Below are positions 9,847-19,386 of a stretch of DNA of 49,114 nt, piece by piece (position 1 is the first letter of the stretch; each line of letters begins with the position of its first letter). The notes under the pieces were generated by a model. It searched no databases. It had not been told where the DNA came from and saw nothing but the letters and a program-made list of their open reading frames with translations. Source of the DNA: a virus (Duplodnaviria > Heunggongvirae > Uroviricota > Caudoviricetes); IMG/VR virus record IMGVR_UViG_2513237200_000008; one strand, written 5' to 3'. Position numbers and translations under genes: made by a program.

Positions 9847-9868
9847 TTCAAATACTGTTCTGTTGATA

Positions 9869-9902
9869 CAAAAAGCCCCGAACTGTTGCAGCAGCCGGGG
9901 CT
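9869..9902 (-). terminator. Intrinsic-terminator-like hairpin (AGCCCCG ... CGGGGCT) followed by TTTTTG on the minus strand
   Basis: Read directly; about 35 nt downstream of the baseplate V-like gene stop. Confidence 0.45.
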
Positions 9903-9937
9903 TTCGCTTTATGGATGTAATTTAAAGTGAGCCGGTA

Positions 9938-10651
9938 TTAACCCGGATTTGGTTTCTTCGACGTGATCGTGCTGCCGCCGCTTTGAACGCCAGTCACATC
10001 GTGGCTGTGGCCGCTGGCGCTCACGCCGTTGATAACTGCATCTTTCTCGACCTTGAGAGGGCCAATCAGCGAAGCGGTTGTATCCTTCATTTGTTCTTTG
10101 TCCTGTACGATTGGACCGTTGAGATGAATTTTCCCGTTCATGAAGATATCTTCGGCCTCGAGGTAAACAGCTTTCGACTTTAGCCTGATTTCTTCCGGTG
10201 CCACCGTTACCGAGCTACTGCCGTCCTCTGTTTTGAGGATCGCGCCATCCGGACCGTACAAAACTATTTTTTGCGGATCTTCGTCGGACCAGTCCTTGTT
10301 TGCCAGTGGCACGAAAAACAGTGGAGTGAGCGACATCGAGTAAGAGAGCGTCGCCATACCGGTTCCCAATCCAGACACACCGCGCAGTGATACATCAGCG
10401 GCAATTGTTACTCCTCGATCGCCCGGCTGTATCGGGTAACGAATATACGGGAATGTGGCGACAGGGATTGTTATCTGCGGAAAGTTGATCCCCTCCGGCA
10501 GCATATCAAACTGAACTGTCACTATCTGCCCGCTGACATCGACAACATGGCAGGGCAATTCACGGCCTTTAAGCTCGGCTTGCTGGTTACCAGAACTGGT
10601 CATCATCTCTGACAGCGTTCGGAGAAACGGTATTTTTTGAGCGTTTGACAT
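9938..10651 (-). CDS. Baseplate assembly protein V-like (Mu gp45-like spike)
   Basis: 237-aa ORF in the baseplate position. Confidence 0.6.
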   Translation of the reverse strand: MSNAQKIPFLRTLSEMMTSSGNQQAELKGRELPCHVVDVSGQIVTVQFDMLPEGINFPQITIPVATFPYIRYPIQPGDRGVTIAADVSLRGVSGLGTGMATLSYSMSLTPLFFVPLANKDWSDEDPQKIVLYGPDGAILKTEDGSSSVTVAPEEIRLKSKAVYLEAEDIFMNGKIHLNGPIVQDKEQMKDTTASLIGPLKVEKDAVINGVSASGHSHDVTGVQSGGSTITSKKPNPG

Positions 10652-11658
10652 TACACCCTCGCCCAGTTCTCAGCATATGCCTCGAATACCGTCACCCAGG
10701 CATCGCCATCGGCTGTCAGATACGAACCAATGTGTCTGACTGATTTCACAAGAAATTTCCCGGTAAACGTGGTCGAATTTTTTGCGATAACGCTGGGTGC
10801 CGTTGTATTAGCCATCACGATCGACGCAGAGCCAGAATAAAGCCCCTCTGGCAATTTGATCACATCACCACATCTTATGTCGCCCCTCATGGGGCATTTG
10901 AAACTGACGGTAAACGGCGCTATCCATGTCGGCTGCCCGACCAGTTCATGGGCATGAATTGTTTTTGGCTCACCCCAATTTGCCGATACGTTATCGTAGA
11001 TTCGTATCCTGTCGGAAAGAATACTGATAGCGACTCCGCTATACCTTTCATTACGCATCATTGCGATTGAAGCACTACGGACTACCATCGCCAACGACCC
11101 AATATTGTCGTAGGTTCCCTTCCACGGCTCTGGTAAAACCAGACTGTCACTGACTGTGCAGTCGATCAATTTATTCGGAAATGCCTTTTGCAACGCACGG
11201 GAGATTACATCACTAACCTTTTCCCCTTTAAGCCCCTCTCCCTCGATAGAGAACGGTTTACCATCATCTGTTTTGCGTACGGTTGGATTTATTACCAGGT
11301 TTAAGGTCTGGTTCGTGCCGATCCAGTTGGCATAGGCCAGATAAATTTCGCCATAAATTACCTCACCCTGTTGCTGTGGATTTGCCAAAGGCAATCCCTC
11401 AACAAAGCCCGCTTTCATACGGACCAGACACCCCTGCAAACTCACGCTTTGCTTCAGCATGTCGATAGGCAAACCGTATATTGTGAGCATCGTTCCTGAA
11501 TTCACTACATCAAGCCCAGCCACCTCCACATCAAATTCAACATGTAGCCCGCATCCCGGCGTTCTGCTGGTATCAAACGGACCAATGGTATTTCCGTTGC
11601 TATCCACTGGCGGCTTGCCTGTTTTAGGGTTAATGATTTCCAGTCGGTAATAACGCAT
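10651..11658 (-). CDS. Tail/baseplate hub protein
   Basis: 335-aa ORF between the tape measure region and baseplate genes; stop/start overlaps with neighbours. Confidence 0.5.
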   Translation of the reverse strand: MRYYRLEIINPKTGKPPVDSNGNTIGPFDTSRTPGCGLHVEFDVEVAGLDVVNSGTMLTIYGLPIDMLKQSVSLQGCLVRMKAGFVEGLPLANPQQQGEVIYGEIYLAYANWIGTNQTLNLVINPTVRKTDDGKPFSIEGEGLKGEKVSDVISRALQKAFPNKLIDCTVSDSLVLPEPWKGTYDNIGSLAMVVRSASIAMMRNERYSGVAISILSDRIRIYDNVSANWGEPKTIHAHELVGQPTWIAPFTVSFKCPMRGDIRCGDVIKLPEGLYSGSASIVMANTTAPSVIAKNSTTFTGKFLVKSVRHIGSYLTADGDAWVTVFEAYAENWARV

Positions 11659-11924
11659 TACGAAACCTCAAACTGATTCGTACTTTCGCGAAAAATGAGT
11701 TTCCCCGGCGAGCAAGGCAGCGCCAGATTAATATCGTAACCATCAGGGGAAGCAATCAGAGGCGTATATACAATGACCTTGCCAGAACTGTCTTTCAGTT
11801 CCAGATAGTAACGGTTTGCGTACAGATTAAACGGAACGCGGGCGAATGCTTCATATTCTCCGATTCTGGCCGTGAACTGAAACGGACCTCGCCCGTCTGG
11901 TTTAAAAGGAATTAACGTTGTCAT
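11658..11924 (-). CDS. Hypothetical tail protein
   Basis: 88-aa ORF translationally coupled within the tail operon. Confidence 0.4.
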   Translation of the reverse strand: MTTLIPFKPDGRGPFQFTARIGEYEAFARVPFNLYANRYYLELKDSSGKVIVYTPLIASPDGYDINLALPCSPGKLIFRESTNQFEVS

Positions 11925-12589
11925 AAGCCAATACCAAACTCCTGCACGACCTGGTTCTTAATACCTGACCACGATAGCGGCCCGTCTGACGGCATCCCTT
12001 TATCAAATTTATCCAGAACGCTCGCCAGCGTCTTTACTGTTTGTTCGACAGACGACAATGGTTGCTCAAACTCAATCTGCCAGGTGTGCTGCACTTGCTT
12101 GTTCTGCTCAGAGAAACCGGATGTATCGATAAACGACCGCATCAGGCAGCGCGTATAGATAAACGAGGGAGTCAGAACGGTGTAGCAACCGCCATAATGG
12201 TTATGCATATCAAGCGCCATTTTCAGCGCCGTGAACGTCATTCCCTTCGTGGTGTAGCCACCGTCCTCCGTAGATGCCGGACGGATCATCTGCATGACTA
12301 CCCGGTTAGGCTTCCTGACGGTCGCATTCGCTGCCGTTACCTGGTTATAGAAATTCAGGTTGCATATATCCTGCTGGACTAACGTTGTCCCCGCCATTGG
12401 CGTGAATGCCGCCATCGAACGTGTACGAATCTCTCCATGCAGCAGACCGTTCGCGATGCTTAGTCCTTCGGTCAGAACAGCAATCGGCATCACCCCGCCA
12501 GGAATTTTCGACGCTATGCCATCAACTAAAAGAATGGGCGATACTTCAAACGCCAGTTTGAAAGCTTGTCCAAAGTAATTAAGTGACAT
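11921..12589 (-). CDS. Tail protein (distal tail / tube-initiator-like)
   Basis: 222-aa ORF directly downstream of the tape measure gene. Confidence 0.45.
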   Translation of the reverse strand: MSLNYFGQAFKLAFEVSPILLVDGIASKIPGGVMPIAVLTEGLSIANGLLHGEIRTRSMAAFTPMAGTTLVQQDICNLNFYNQVTAANATVRKPNRVVMQMIRPASTEDGGYTTKGMTFTALKMALDMHNHYGGCYTVLTPSFIYTRCLMRSFIDTSGFSEQNKQVQHTWQIEFEQPLSSVEQTVKTLASVLDKFDKGMPSDGPLSWSGIKNQVVQEFGIGL

Positions 12590-12592
12590 CTT

Positions 12593-14581
12593 TTACCCCG
12601 GTATTTGTTGCGTTCCGGCGAGTTGTGCCAGTATGTCGGAACCTGGCGATTGTCGCACCTGAAGCTCAATTATTGCGCGGGCATTTTTGCCAGCACCCTG
12701 AAGGTTATCTTTGGCATTTCTTAGCTGATTCATAATACCAGGGTGTTGATCCAAGGCTCCTTGTATCTGAGGCAATAATTTAATTAAATATTTTACAGTC
12801 TCCATTCTCAAACTTAGATTTCCATCTCTATCAATACGACCTCCGTTATATGCCGTAAGCATTTTTGCCACATCGCCTTTATAACGCCGATTCAGATCAT
12901 TTAAAAAGCGGCCAGCCGCAAGAGTGGATTTATTTGGGTCATAAACATCATCTCCCACCAGACCATACTGTTTTGCGGTGCCATCCCAGAATTGCCACAA
13001 CCCCTTAGCATAATTGCCATTTTCATCGGGGCTTCCTTTCGCTAGGGGATTCCACGATGATTCGGCTTCTGCAATTGCAGACATCATATTTTTAGGAAGT
13101 CGATAAGTATTATTGGCTTGCTCTACAAAGTTCTGAATATTTCTCTTTAAATCATTAGGCATACGGTAATTTTTATATACATCATCCTGTTTATAAAACT
13201 CACCCGTATACTGATTTGTCATCGGGTTTGCTCCCGGCAACGCACCGCCGAGATATTTATCCCCAAATGCCACAAGAACTGGATCTGCCTGTTCAGCACC
13301 AACTCCGGTTCCGGGGAGATATTTATCTTCCCCGCCGATCCATTTGATAGCTGACCATATTGCTTTTGCAATCCGGCTCACCGCCAGAGAAAAATCATCA
13401 AGATCATTTTTAAACTGTTCACTATTTAGCCACTTACCAAGTTTCTCCAACCCTTCTCCAGCCTCAGTGAGAATTATTTTAAAATTTCCACCATTCAGAA
13501 AACCTTCAATATTGGATGTCAGCCCATCAGATGCACCTCTGATTAATGGGTTATATCTGGCAAGAGCTGCATACCAAGAATTTGATATTCTGTTTCCATT
13601 TACCATCAGGTTACTCACCGTATCCTGATAATCTGACTGCATAGCTGGCGTGAGGTAAGCGCCGAGTAACCGGGTATTTGCTGCAAATTTCTCATTCAGT
13701 TGGGGGATCTTGTCCAGATTCGCTTCCACCTGGTTAGTTGTCGCGACATCAACAAATCCAAGTCCTTGTCCGTTGAGAATCCCCTGAGTAAGTCCTGAAC
13801 CTTTATATTGCTTAACTAGAGATGCAAGCGCACTCATAAGTTTGGGCAGATTCTTTGCTGCACCATCTCGCGGATCAATTCCAAGACTAACCAGACCAGC
13901 ATAGTTTGGATCGTTTGGATTTTTCTGTGCGTTCGCCAGATGCTGAACCAGTTCTTCTGTGCCAGAAAAATATGGCGAATAGGTGGCACGTGCGGCCTGC
14001 ATTTGGGCGGTTTCCATCCCTAACCCCTGAGCCACGCTATACTGTGCTGCGACTTTACTTGCCATATAGCCGTAGCCAAACGGCCCCGCAACCCCTATTG
14101 CAGCTATTTTCGCCCCCCACGAAACCGTGGTTTTAAACAGGCTTTTTAACCGGGAATTAGTCGTTTTAAGCGTTGAATTGATCTGTTTGTAAGTTTTCAG
14201 CGTCCCCTGAGCGTTTTTACCCAGCCCGTTGAGGTACTTATCAAACATCGTTTCGCCGCGACCTTTATAGTTGCTCACCAGCGAATCAGGTGTTTTCCCG
14301 CTTCCAACAAAGCGCCCTTTTTCATCCCTTAAACGTCCATCAGTGGAAGCAGCCGAAACTGGCTCGGGTGAAGATGGTTTCCTGGGAGCCTGATTGGCTT
14401 CTCCGCCTGTGGTTGTCTGCCGGGCGCCACCTGCCGGACCTGTATTTGAAGGTATTTTAAGCGGCGTACCGGCAGGGCCAATCATCAGCCCGTTGCGATA
14501 CTTTTCAAATATCGCCTCAAGTCGCTTAAGATGTTCTTCATTAACGTCCAGTGTCAGAACTGGCATCTGATTACCTGACAT
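12593..14581 (-). CDS. Tail tape measure protein with a C-terminal lytic transglycosylase (SLT) domain
   Basis: 662 aa; motif AIAEAESSWNPLAKGSPDENGNYAKGLWQFWDGTAKQYGL is typical of SLT catalytic regions; position after the chaperone genes. Confidence 0.7.
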   Translation of the reverse strand: MSGNQMPVLTLDVNEEHLKRLEAIFEKYRNGLMIGPAGTPLKIPSNTGPAGGARQTTTGGEANQAPRKPSSPEPVSAASTDGRLRDEKGRFVGSGKTPDSLVSNYKGRGETMFDKYLNGLGKNAQGTLKTYKQINSTLKTTNSRLKSLFKTTVSWGAKIAAIGVAGPFGYGYMASKVAAQYSVAQGLGMETAQMQAARATYSPYFSGTEELVQHLANAQKNPNDPNYAGLVSLGIDPRDGAAKNLPKLMSALASLVKQYKGSGLTQGILNGQGLGFVDVATTNQVEANLDKIPQLNEKFAANTRLLGAYLTPAMQSDYQDTVSNLMVNGNRISNSWYAALARYNPLIRGASDGLTSNIEGFLNGGNFKIILTEAGEGLEKLGKWLNSEQFKNDLDDFSLAVSRIAKAIWSAIKWIGGEDKYLPGTGVGAEQADPVLVAFGDKYLGGALPGANPMTNQYTGEFYKQDDVYKNYRMPNDLKRNIQNFVEQANNTYRLPKNMMSAIAEAESSWNPLAKGSPDENGNYAKGLWQFWDGTAKQYGLVGDDVYDPNKSTLAAGRFLNDLNRRYKGDVAKMLTAYNGGRIDRDGNLSLRMETVKYLIKLLPQIQGALDQHPGIMNQLRNAKDNLQGAGKNARAIIELQVRQSPGSDILAQLAGTQQIPG

Positions 14582-14873
14582 TCAATACACCTCCCGGCGT
14601 CGTGCATTTACGCAGCTCACGAAACTGAGCTGCTGTTTTTACATTCAGACCGGAATTTGCCCAGATGTCGCTGAATCCGTCTCCGGCTGAGTAGTCGAGG
14701 ATGTCGCTGATAACGTGCTCGCCGTCGCGCCAGAACTGGCGACAGGCTTCAATGTCGGCAATGAAGCAATCCATTCCGTAAGACTCAAGGATGAAGTGCG
14801 ACTGTTCCACATTCCACTGACTGCCAGCATCATCTGCTCCGTCTGCTCCGGTGTGTTTATCGACGAGACGCAT
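14571..14873 (-). CDS. Tail assembly chaperone -1 frame extension (GT-like)
   Basis: Overlapping ORF in the -1 frame relative to 14645-15274; the slippery run at 14876-14883 lies just upstream. Confidence 0.45.
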   Translation of the reverse strand: MRLVDKHTGADGADDAGSQWNVEQSHFILESYGMDCFIADIEACRQFWRDGEHVISDILDYSAGDGFSDIWANSGLNVKTAAQFRELRKCTTPGGVLNVR

Positions 14874-15274
14874 GTAAAAAAAACGAGTTCACCTGCCACA
14901 TCATCAAATTCAACGATGCCGCGCTCCAGCGCCATATCAAGCGGGAGCGTGTCATAACCTTTCCCTTCGACTGGGTAAACCAGATTCGCAAGGCGAATGA
15001 TTTCATTCACGAGCGTATTACGAACGCCCTTTTCGCCATCCCAGATGTTCATATCTGAGGAGATCCGTTCCAGCATAAGGCAGGCGATACGCGGACCCGC
15101 AACGACGCCAAGACCTTCAGAAAAAATGGCAGAAAAAGTTTTACTCAGAATGAAGAAATGCTCTTTAAACACCTCTTTGCTGATCGGCGTGGCATGGATC
15201 CAGCCGTTACCCTTTTCTGTCCGGACAGGAATAATCAGATTCAGATTTCGGGAGATTTTCATACCAGATCCCAC
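14645..15274 (-). CDS. Tail assembly chaperone (G-like)
   Basis: Position between the tail tube and tape measure genes; contains a T8 slippery run. Confidence 0.55.
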   Translation of the reverse strand: MGSGMKISRNLNLIIPVRTEKGNGWIHATPISKEVFKEHFFILSKTFSAIFSEGLGVVAGPRIACLMLERISSDMNIWDGEKGVRNTLVNEIIRLANLVYPVEGKGYDTLPLDMALERGIVEFDDVAGELVFFTCVSSINTPEQTEQMMLAVSGMWNSRTSSLSLTEWIASLPTLKPVASSGATASTLSATSSTTQPETDSATSGQIPV

Positions 15275-15702
15275 ATTTCAGAGTTGATGTAATACGTACC
15301 GGTAATGGTGATGGCCACACCCGGCTCGCCCCCAGCGAAGGTCATATCCTGCACGTTGGTGATCGCCGTGTTATAGATATCGAAGTCACCGAACACCGTG
15401 CTGTCGCTATACACTTTTGCGTCGCCGATCGTGGCGTTCTTTTCCCATTGCGCCTTGAATTGTTTCCCCTGCGCCTGGCTACGCAGCAGATGAACACGCG
15501 CCTGTAAAATCATGTATGGCTGCGGCGACTGCACGGCTCCCGTCATGGCGGGTAAAAACTCCGTGATATTGCCCTGAAAGGACAATTCGACGCCTTCTTT
15601 TGCCAGAAATGAGGCGGACACATTCAGTTCGGAATGAGAGGTGAATTTAACGCTGGCGCGAACCCGGTTAAGGGTGCCAACGGGGATCATTGGATTAGGC
15701 AC
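15259..15702 (-). CDS. Tail tube protein
   Basis: 147 aa, directly downstream of the sheath gene. Confidence 0.6.
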   Translation of the reverse strand: MPNPMIPVGTLNRVRASVKFTSHSELNVSASFLAKEGVELSFQGNITEFLPAMTGAVQSPQPYMILQARVHLLRSQAQGKQFKAQWEKNATIGDAKVYSDSTVFGDFDIYNTAITNVQDMTFAGGEPGVAITITGTYYINSEMWDLV

Positions 15703-15713
15703 GGTTCAGTCCC

Positions 15714-17051
15714 TCACGAAAGCTGCATTGTCACATTGATGTTAAAAATGATTTCGACAAATCCGCGCATCGGCGTATAGGAGGCCGAAAGGCCCGCATA
15801 ACGCCCGATACCGTAATCATTCGGATTCGTGTTGATATACTGGCGGAAAGGCACTGCATCTACGACAGGCTGGCCGTTGACCAGGCCGTAAGATACGCCC
15901 GTATTGAACACCGCCTGTGCGACCTGCTGCAGACGGTCGATCCCGTCCTGGTTGTAGTAAAGCGGGTTAATTGGGTTATTGCAGCCGTTGATCACCGCGT
16001 TGGCGAGCTGCATATCGACGTTAATCTGCACCCAATCCACGGAATACCAGTACGTCATATCGTTACCGTCACTGGTAACGCCTTTCACCAGGATCGTGTT
16101 GGAGATTCCACCCTCAGCACCCGTTTCGATGTAGTTAATATTCTGCTTCGTCATCGTGGCCAGAATGGAATTTTTGCCCTTGTGGGCGTTTACCGCCTGT
16201 AAATAGCGAAATGCCATCGGCGGCACCTTGTTGATTTCTGAAGGTGATGCGGAAACATAGTTCCACATTACGGCTGCTGCCGCGTTTGTCGCTGGGTACG
16301 TATCATCCGCCGTTGCAATAACCGACTTAATACCGGCATAAGGCGAAACGTAATTCGTGTCGTCCGGCGTTTTCGTCAGCACGAAGAAATACTGCATCGC
16401 TTCGTTGGCGGTGTGGAGTTTTGCCAGACTGATAAATTCTGCGTCACCATCCCACCGCTGCGGCACCAGATACGCATAAAACCGCAGGAGCGGATCTTCC
16501 ATATAAGCTTTCAGTGCAGCGATTTCCTTACTGATCCCGCCTTTCTGTACTCCCAGCTCCAGCAGGTAAATCCCAACTGAATTTCCCTGGGCAAAAAACG
16601 TGTTTACTGCCGTCACCAGATTTTCACTGCCGACAATGGAAAACTGCCCCAGTGTCACTGGCGAACCGGAAAGCTGAGAATCAGCAATCGTCCAGGTCAG
16701 TGTTTTTTCATCCGTGACGGTAGCAGTATATTCGCCATTCCACGCGTCGGGCGAACACCCGGAAACAACAATTTTCACCTCAGAACTGTTTTCGCGTCGG
16801 ATGTTGCTCCCTTCCGGAAGCGTCATCGTAACGGTGACGTTTGCCGCAGATTTTCCTGCGGCAGCCGCCGACAACGCAGCAATCGGATTTTTAACCAGAT
16901 CGTTAATATCCTGATTGCTGGTGAGTAATACAGGCTTCCCCGGCTCATGAGTCGTGGAGCCAAACGAGAGAACCGCAGACATCTGCTGCAAATTCGAGGG
17001 TATAGCCCCGATGGTCTGGGACACATTCACCGTGACGATATTAAATCCCAT
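15714..17051 (-). CDS. Tail sheath protein
   Basis: 445 aa; size and position typical of contractile-tail sheath proteins. Confidence 0.65.
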   Translation of the reverse strand: MGFNIVTVNVSQTIGAIPSNLQQMSAVLSFGSTTHEPGKPVLLTSNQDINDLVKNPIAALSAAAAGKSAANVTVTMTLPEGSNIRRENSSEVKIVVSGCSPDAWNGEYTATVTDEKTLTWTIADSQLSGSPVTLGQFSIVGSENLVTAVNTFFAQGNSVGIYLLELGVQKGGISKEIAALKAYMEDPLLRFYAYLVPQRWDGDAEFISLAKLHTANEAMQYFFVLTKTPDDTNYVSPYAGIKSVIATADDTYPATNAAAAVMWNYVSASPSEINKVPPMAFRYLQAVNAHKGKNSILATMTKQNINYIETGAEGGISNTILVKGVTSDGNDMTYWYSVDWVQINVDMQLANAVINGCNNPINPLYYNQDGIDRLQQVAQAVFNTGVSYGLVNGQPVVDAVPFRQYINTNPNDYGIGRYAGLSASYTPMRGFVEIIFNINVTMQLS

Positions 17052-17995
17052 TATTTAACCTCATATTTACAAATAACTTTTTCAATCAACTGCCGGGATA
17101 TTTCCCGGGCGGTGCTCTGGTAGTAATTCACGTCAAAATCGACAATTTTTTTCTTCGCCAGAGCGTTGATTTCAACCTGTCCCGACTTTGCGTCCTGAAC
17201 CACCGGAATATTAGTTACACCAAACCTTTCCTCCTCCAGCGCCCTGTTCACCACCGAGTCGACAAGATCCAGCGCCATTTTGTTGCTGAATCCGTAAAGC
17301 GTCAGGCGAACCGAATCCTGGACGAGCTGGAATCGCTCACCACCGAAAACAACGGGAGCCACCTGCAACGGAATACTGTTGCGAACATCCACCGCGATAT
17401 ACGGAGGACGAAGGTTCTGGGGTACCAGGTAAGACGGATACACGGTCGCGGCATCTTTCATTTGCAGCCAGATCGGGATGCTGTTGGAGATGATCTGCTC
17501 GTCGCTGATATCCTCCTCGCAGTCGATAATCTGGGAACGCATGGTTGGCAAAATCGCCATGCCGCGATAATGAAAAATACCCGACTGCTGATAGCGGCTC
17601 TCCATTCGAGAAAAAGCGAACTGGACGCCGCCGTACTCACCGAGATAGATCGCATCGGGATTTTCCACATTAAAATCATCAACCTGCTGAACAGGCGTGA
17701 AAATAATGTTGTTCACATCCTTCGAGACAGACTCGTCCTGAATCGCAATAACCTGACGATGCAGGCTGCCTTTGATTTTCAGACGAGTTGGTGACTCAAT
17801 ATTCAGGCGACACAGTTCATCGCAACTGATGATTTCCGCATTAACCCAATAGACAAAGCCATCCAGCGGCAGAACCTGCCGGACATAGAGCCTGAACGTG
17901 ATTTCCTGGTCTGACGAGATGGTTTCAACTGCGGATTTAAGAACGGACGAGAGCTGCGAACTGTGCTGTTCGGCTAATTCCTCAAGACTCGGCAT
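17051..17995 (-). CDS. Hypothetical structural (neck/tail completion) protein
   Basis: 314-aa ORF between head-completion genes and the sheath. Confidence 0.4.
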   Translation of the reverse strand: MPSLEELAEQHSSQLSSVLKSAVETISSDQEITFRLYVRQVLPLDGFVYWVNAEIISCDELCRLNIESPTRLKIKGSLHRQVIAIQDESVSKDVNNIIFTPVQQVDDFNVENPDAIYLGEYGGVQFAFSRMESRYQQSGIFHYRGMAILPTMRSQIIDCEEDISDEQIISNSIPIWLQMKDAATVYPSYLVPQNLRPPYIAVDVRNSIPLQVAPVVFGGERFQLVQDSVRLTLYGFSNKMALDLVDSVVNRALEEERFGVTNIPVVQDAKSGQVEINALAKKKIVDFDVNYYQSTAREISRQLIEKVICKYEVK

Positions 17996-18437
17996 TATTA
18001 TCTATCCACGCTATAAAGCTGCCCTTAAACAGGCCGCCGTCTATGAATGACGGACGCCGCTCTCCGGTATATTTATCCTTAAGCCTGGAGTTAACGCCCA
18101 GTAGCGCGGCCTGAGTTGGCACAGGGTTTCCGTTAATCGTCATCCCGGCCATTTCTTCAGTTTCAAGAAAAATATGGAAAATCTTCCCGGTCCCTTCCAG
18201 AAAATGCTCGCCAGGTAGCGGAGCCTTATACTTGAAGTGATTGACCAACTGGTATGCCAGTTCAGTACCTGCCTCCTGGATAATCTCGTCCTTATGCATT
18301 TCCCAGAAGTGCGTAAAAATTTCGTATCGCTCCTCGAGGTCACAGGCTACGTCAAACGTGGTTTTTCCCGGCTCGTCGCCGTAGTCATACGGCTGGTCGA
18401 TAACCCCAAAACAAAGTTTCATGGCGTGTAACCCCAT
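17982..18437 (-). CDS. Tail completion / neck protein
   Basis: 151-aa ORF in the head-tail joining region. Confidence 0.4.
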   Translation of the reverse strand: MGLHAMKLCFGVIDQPYDYGDEPGKTTFDVACDLEERYEIFTHFWEMHKDEIIQEAGTELAYQLVNHFKYKAPLPGEHFLEGTGKIFHIFLETEEMAGMTINGNPVPTQAALLGVNSRLKDKYTGERRPSFIDGGLFKGSFIAWIDNNAES

Positions 18438-18859
18438 ACCGTGCCCATCTGCATCAGCACCGCAACAACCTGTCGTCCATACGGATCCTGTAACATCTGC
18501 AAATCCAGCAAAGACAGATTACTCAGCGCATCGCTGATGGTGATCGAACCCGATGTCCCCTGGTCTGCTGCCGCACTGACAAGCCCAGTAGCCAGTTTCC
18601 CAAGGTTGAGTTTTTTTCTCAGGTCGGCAAACCAAGAGCCGGGAGCGAAATTCAGGAGAAATGAGGCGGCAGCGTTATAAACCGTTCGCACATAGATGAT
18701 GGGTAAACGCTCCAGCCCCTGATCATGAGGGATTAGCTCCATCGCAGACTGAAAGCAACATTCCAGCGTCGGATCATCGTCAGCAATAGCATGAACCGGT
18801 ACTTTCATGTCGTCACGAACAAAGCGAATAAATCCCTCCAGTGACGGACGCAAGGTCAT
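18419..18859 (-). CDS. Head-tail adaptor protein
   Basis: 146-aa ORF in the head-tail joining region. Confidence 0.4.
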   Translation of the reverse strand: MTLRPSLEGFIRFVRDDMKVPVHAIADDDPTLECCFQSAMELIPHDQGLERLPIIYVRTVYNAAASFLLNFAPGSWFADLRKKLNLGKLATGLVSAAADQGTSGSITISDALSNLSLLDLQMLQDPYGRQVVAVLMQMGTVWGYTP

Positions 18860-19371
18860 TATTTTTTAACCTTAATATTTCGCTTTGTGCTGGGCGGATT
18901 TTCCTGTTCAGTGTTAATCGCTTCCCCGGTGATTTCCATTTCAATACCACCCGGTTGAGGTTTTTCGCCACTCTGAATCACTGCCTGATCCACTGCGTTA
19001 TTCAGCGATACGGCGCTGGCTGCGAGAATTTCTTCTGACAGGGATTCCAGATTTTCCGTTTTCTGCTCCGCGCAATCCTCAATGCGACCGACGCTCACAG
19101 GTTTATCGATGGAATAGCAGATACCGGAAAAATTCTTGTCCACCTTGTCACAACGCTGGAATCCGTAAGGCTCATGCTGTCGGATGATGTGGTCGATAAT
19201 ATCGGACTGATTTTCGATCATATGCTGACGTCCGGACGGAATTGTCACACCGAACGACTGCGTTTTTTCGGGGAGTTTGTAGTTGAACGTGTGCGGCTGA
19301 CGTGAGCAGTTAGCGATGTAGAGCTTCATAAATTTTTCCCACAAAAAAGGGGAGCATTTAGCTCCCCGCAT
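18859..19371 (-). CDS. Head completion / hypothetical structural protein (start uncertain)
   Basis: 170-aa ORF immediately after the major capsid gene. Confidence 0.4.
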   Translation of the reverse strand: MRGAKCSPFLWEKFMKLYIANCSRQPHTFNYKLPEKTQSFGVTIPSGRQHMIENQSDIIDHIIRQHEPYGFQRCDKVDKNFSGICYSIDKPVSVGRIEDCAEQKTENLESLSEEILAASAVSLNNAVDQAVIQSGEKPQPGGIEMEITGEAINTEQENPPSTKRNIKVKK

Positions 19372-19386
19372 TATCAGATTGAACGT

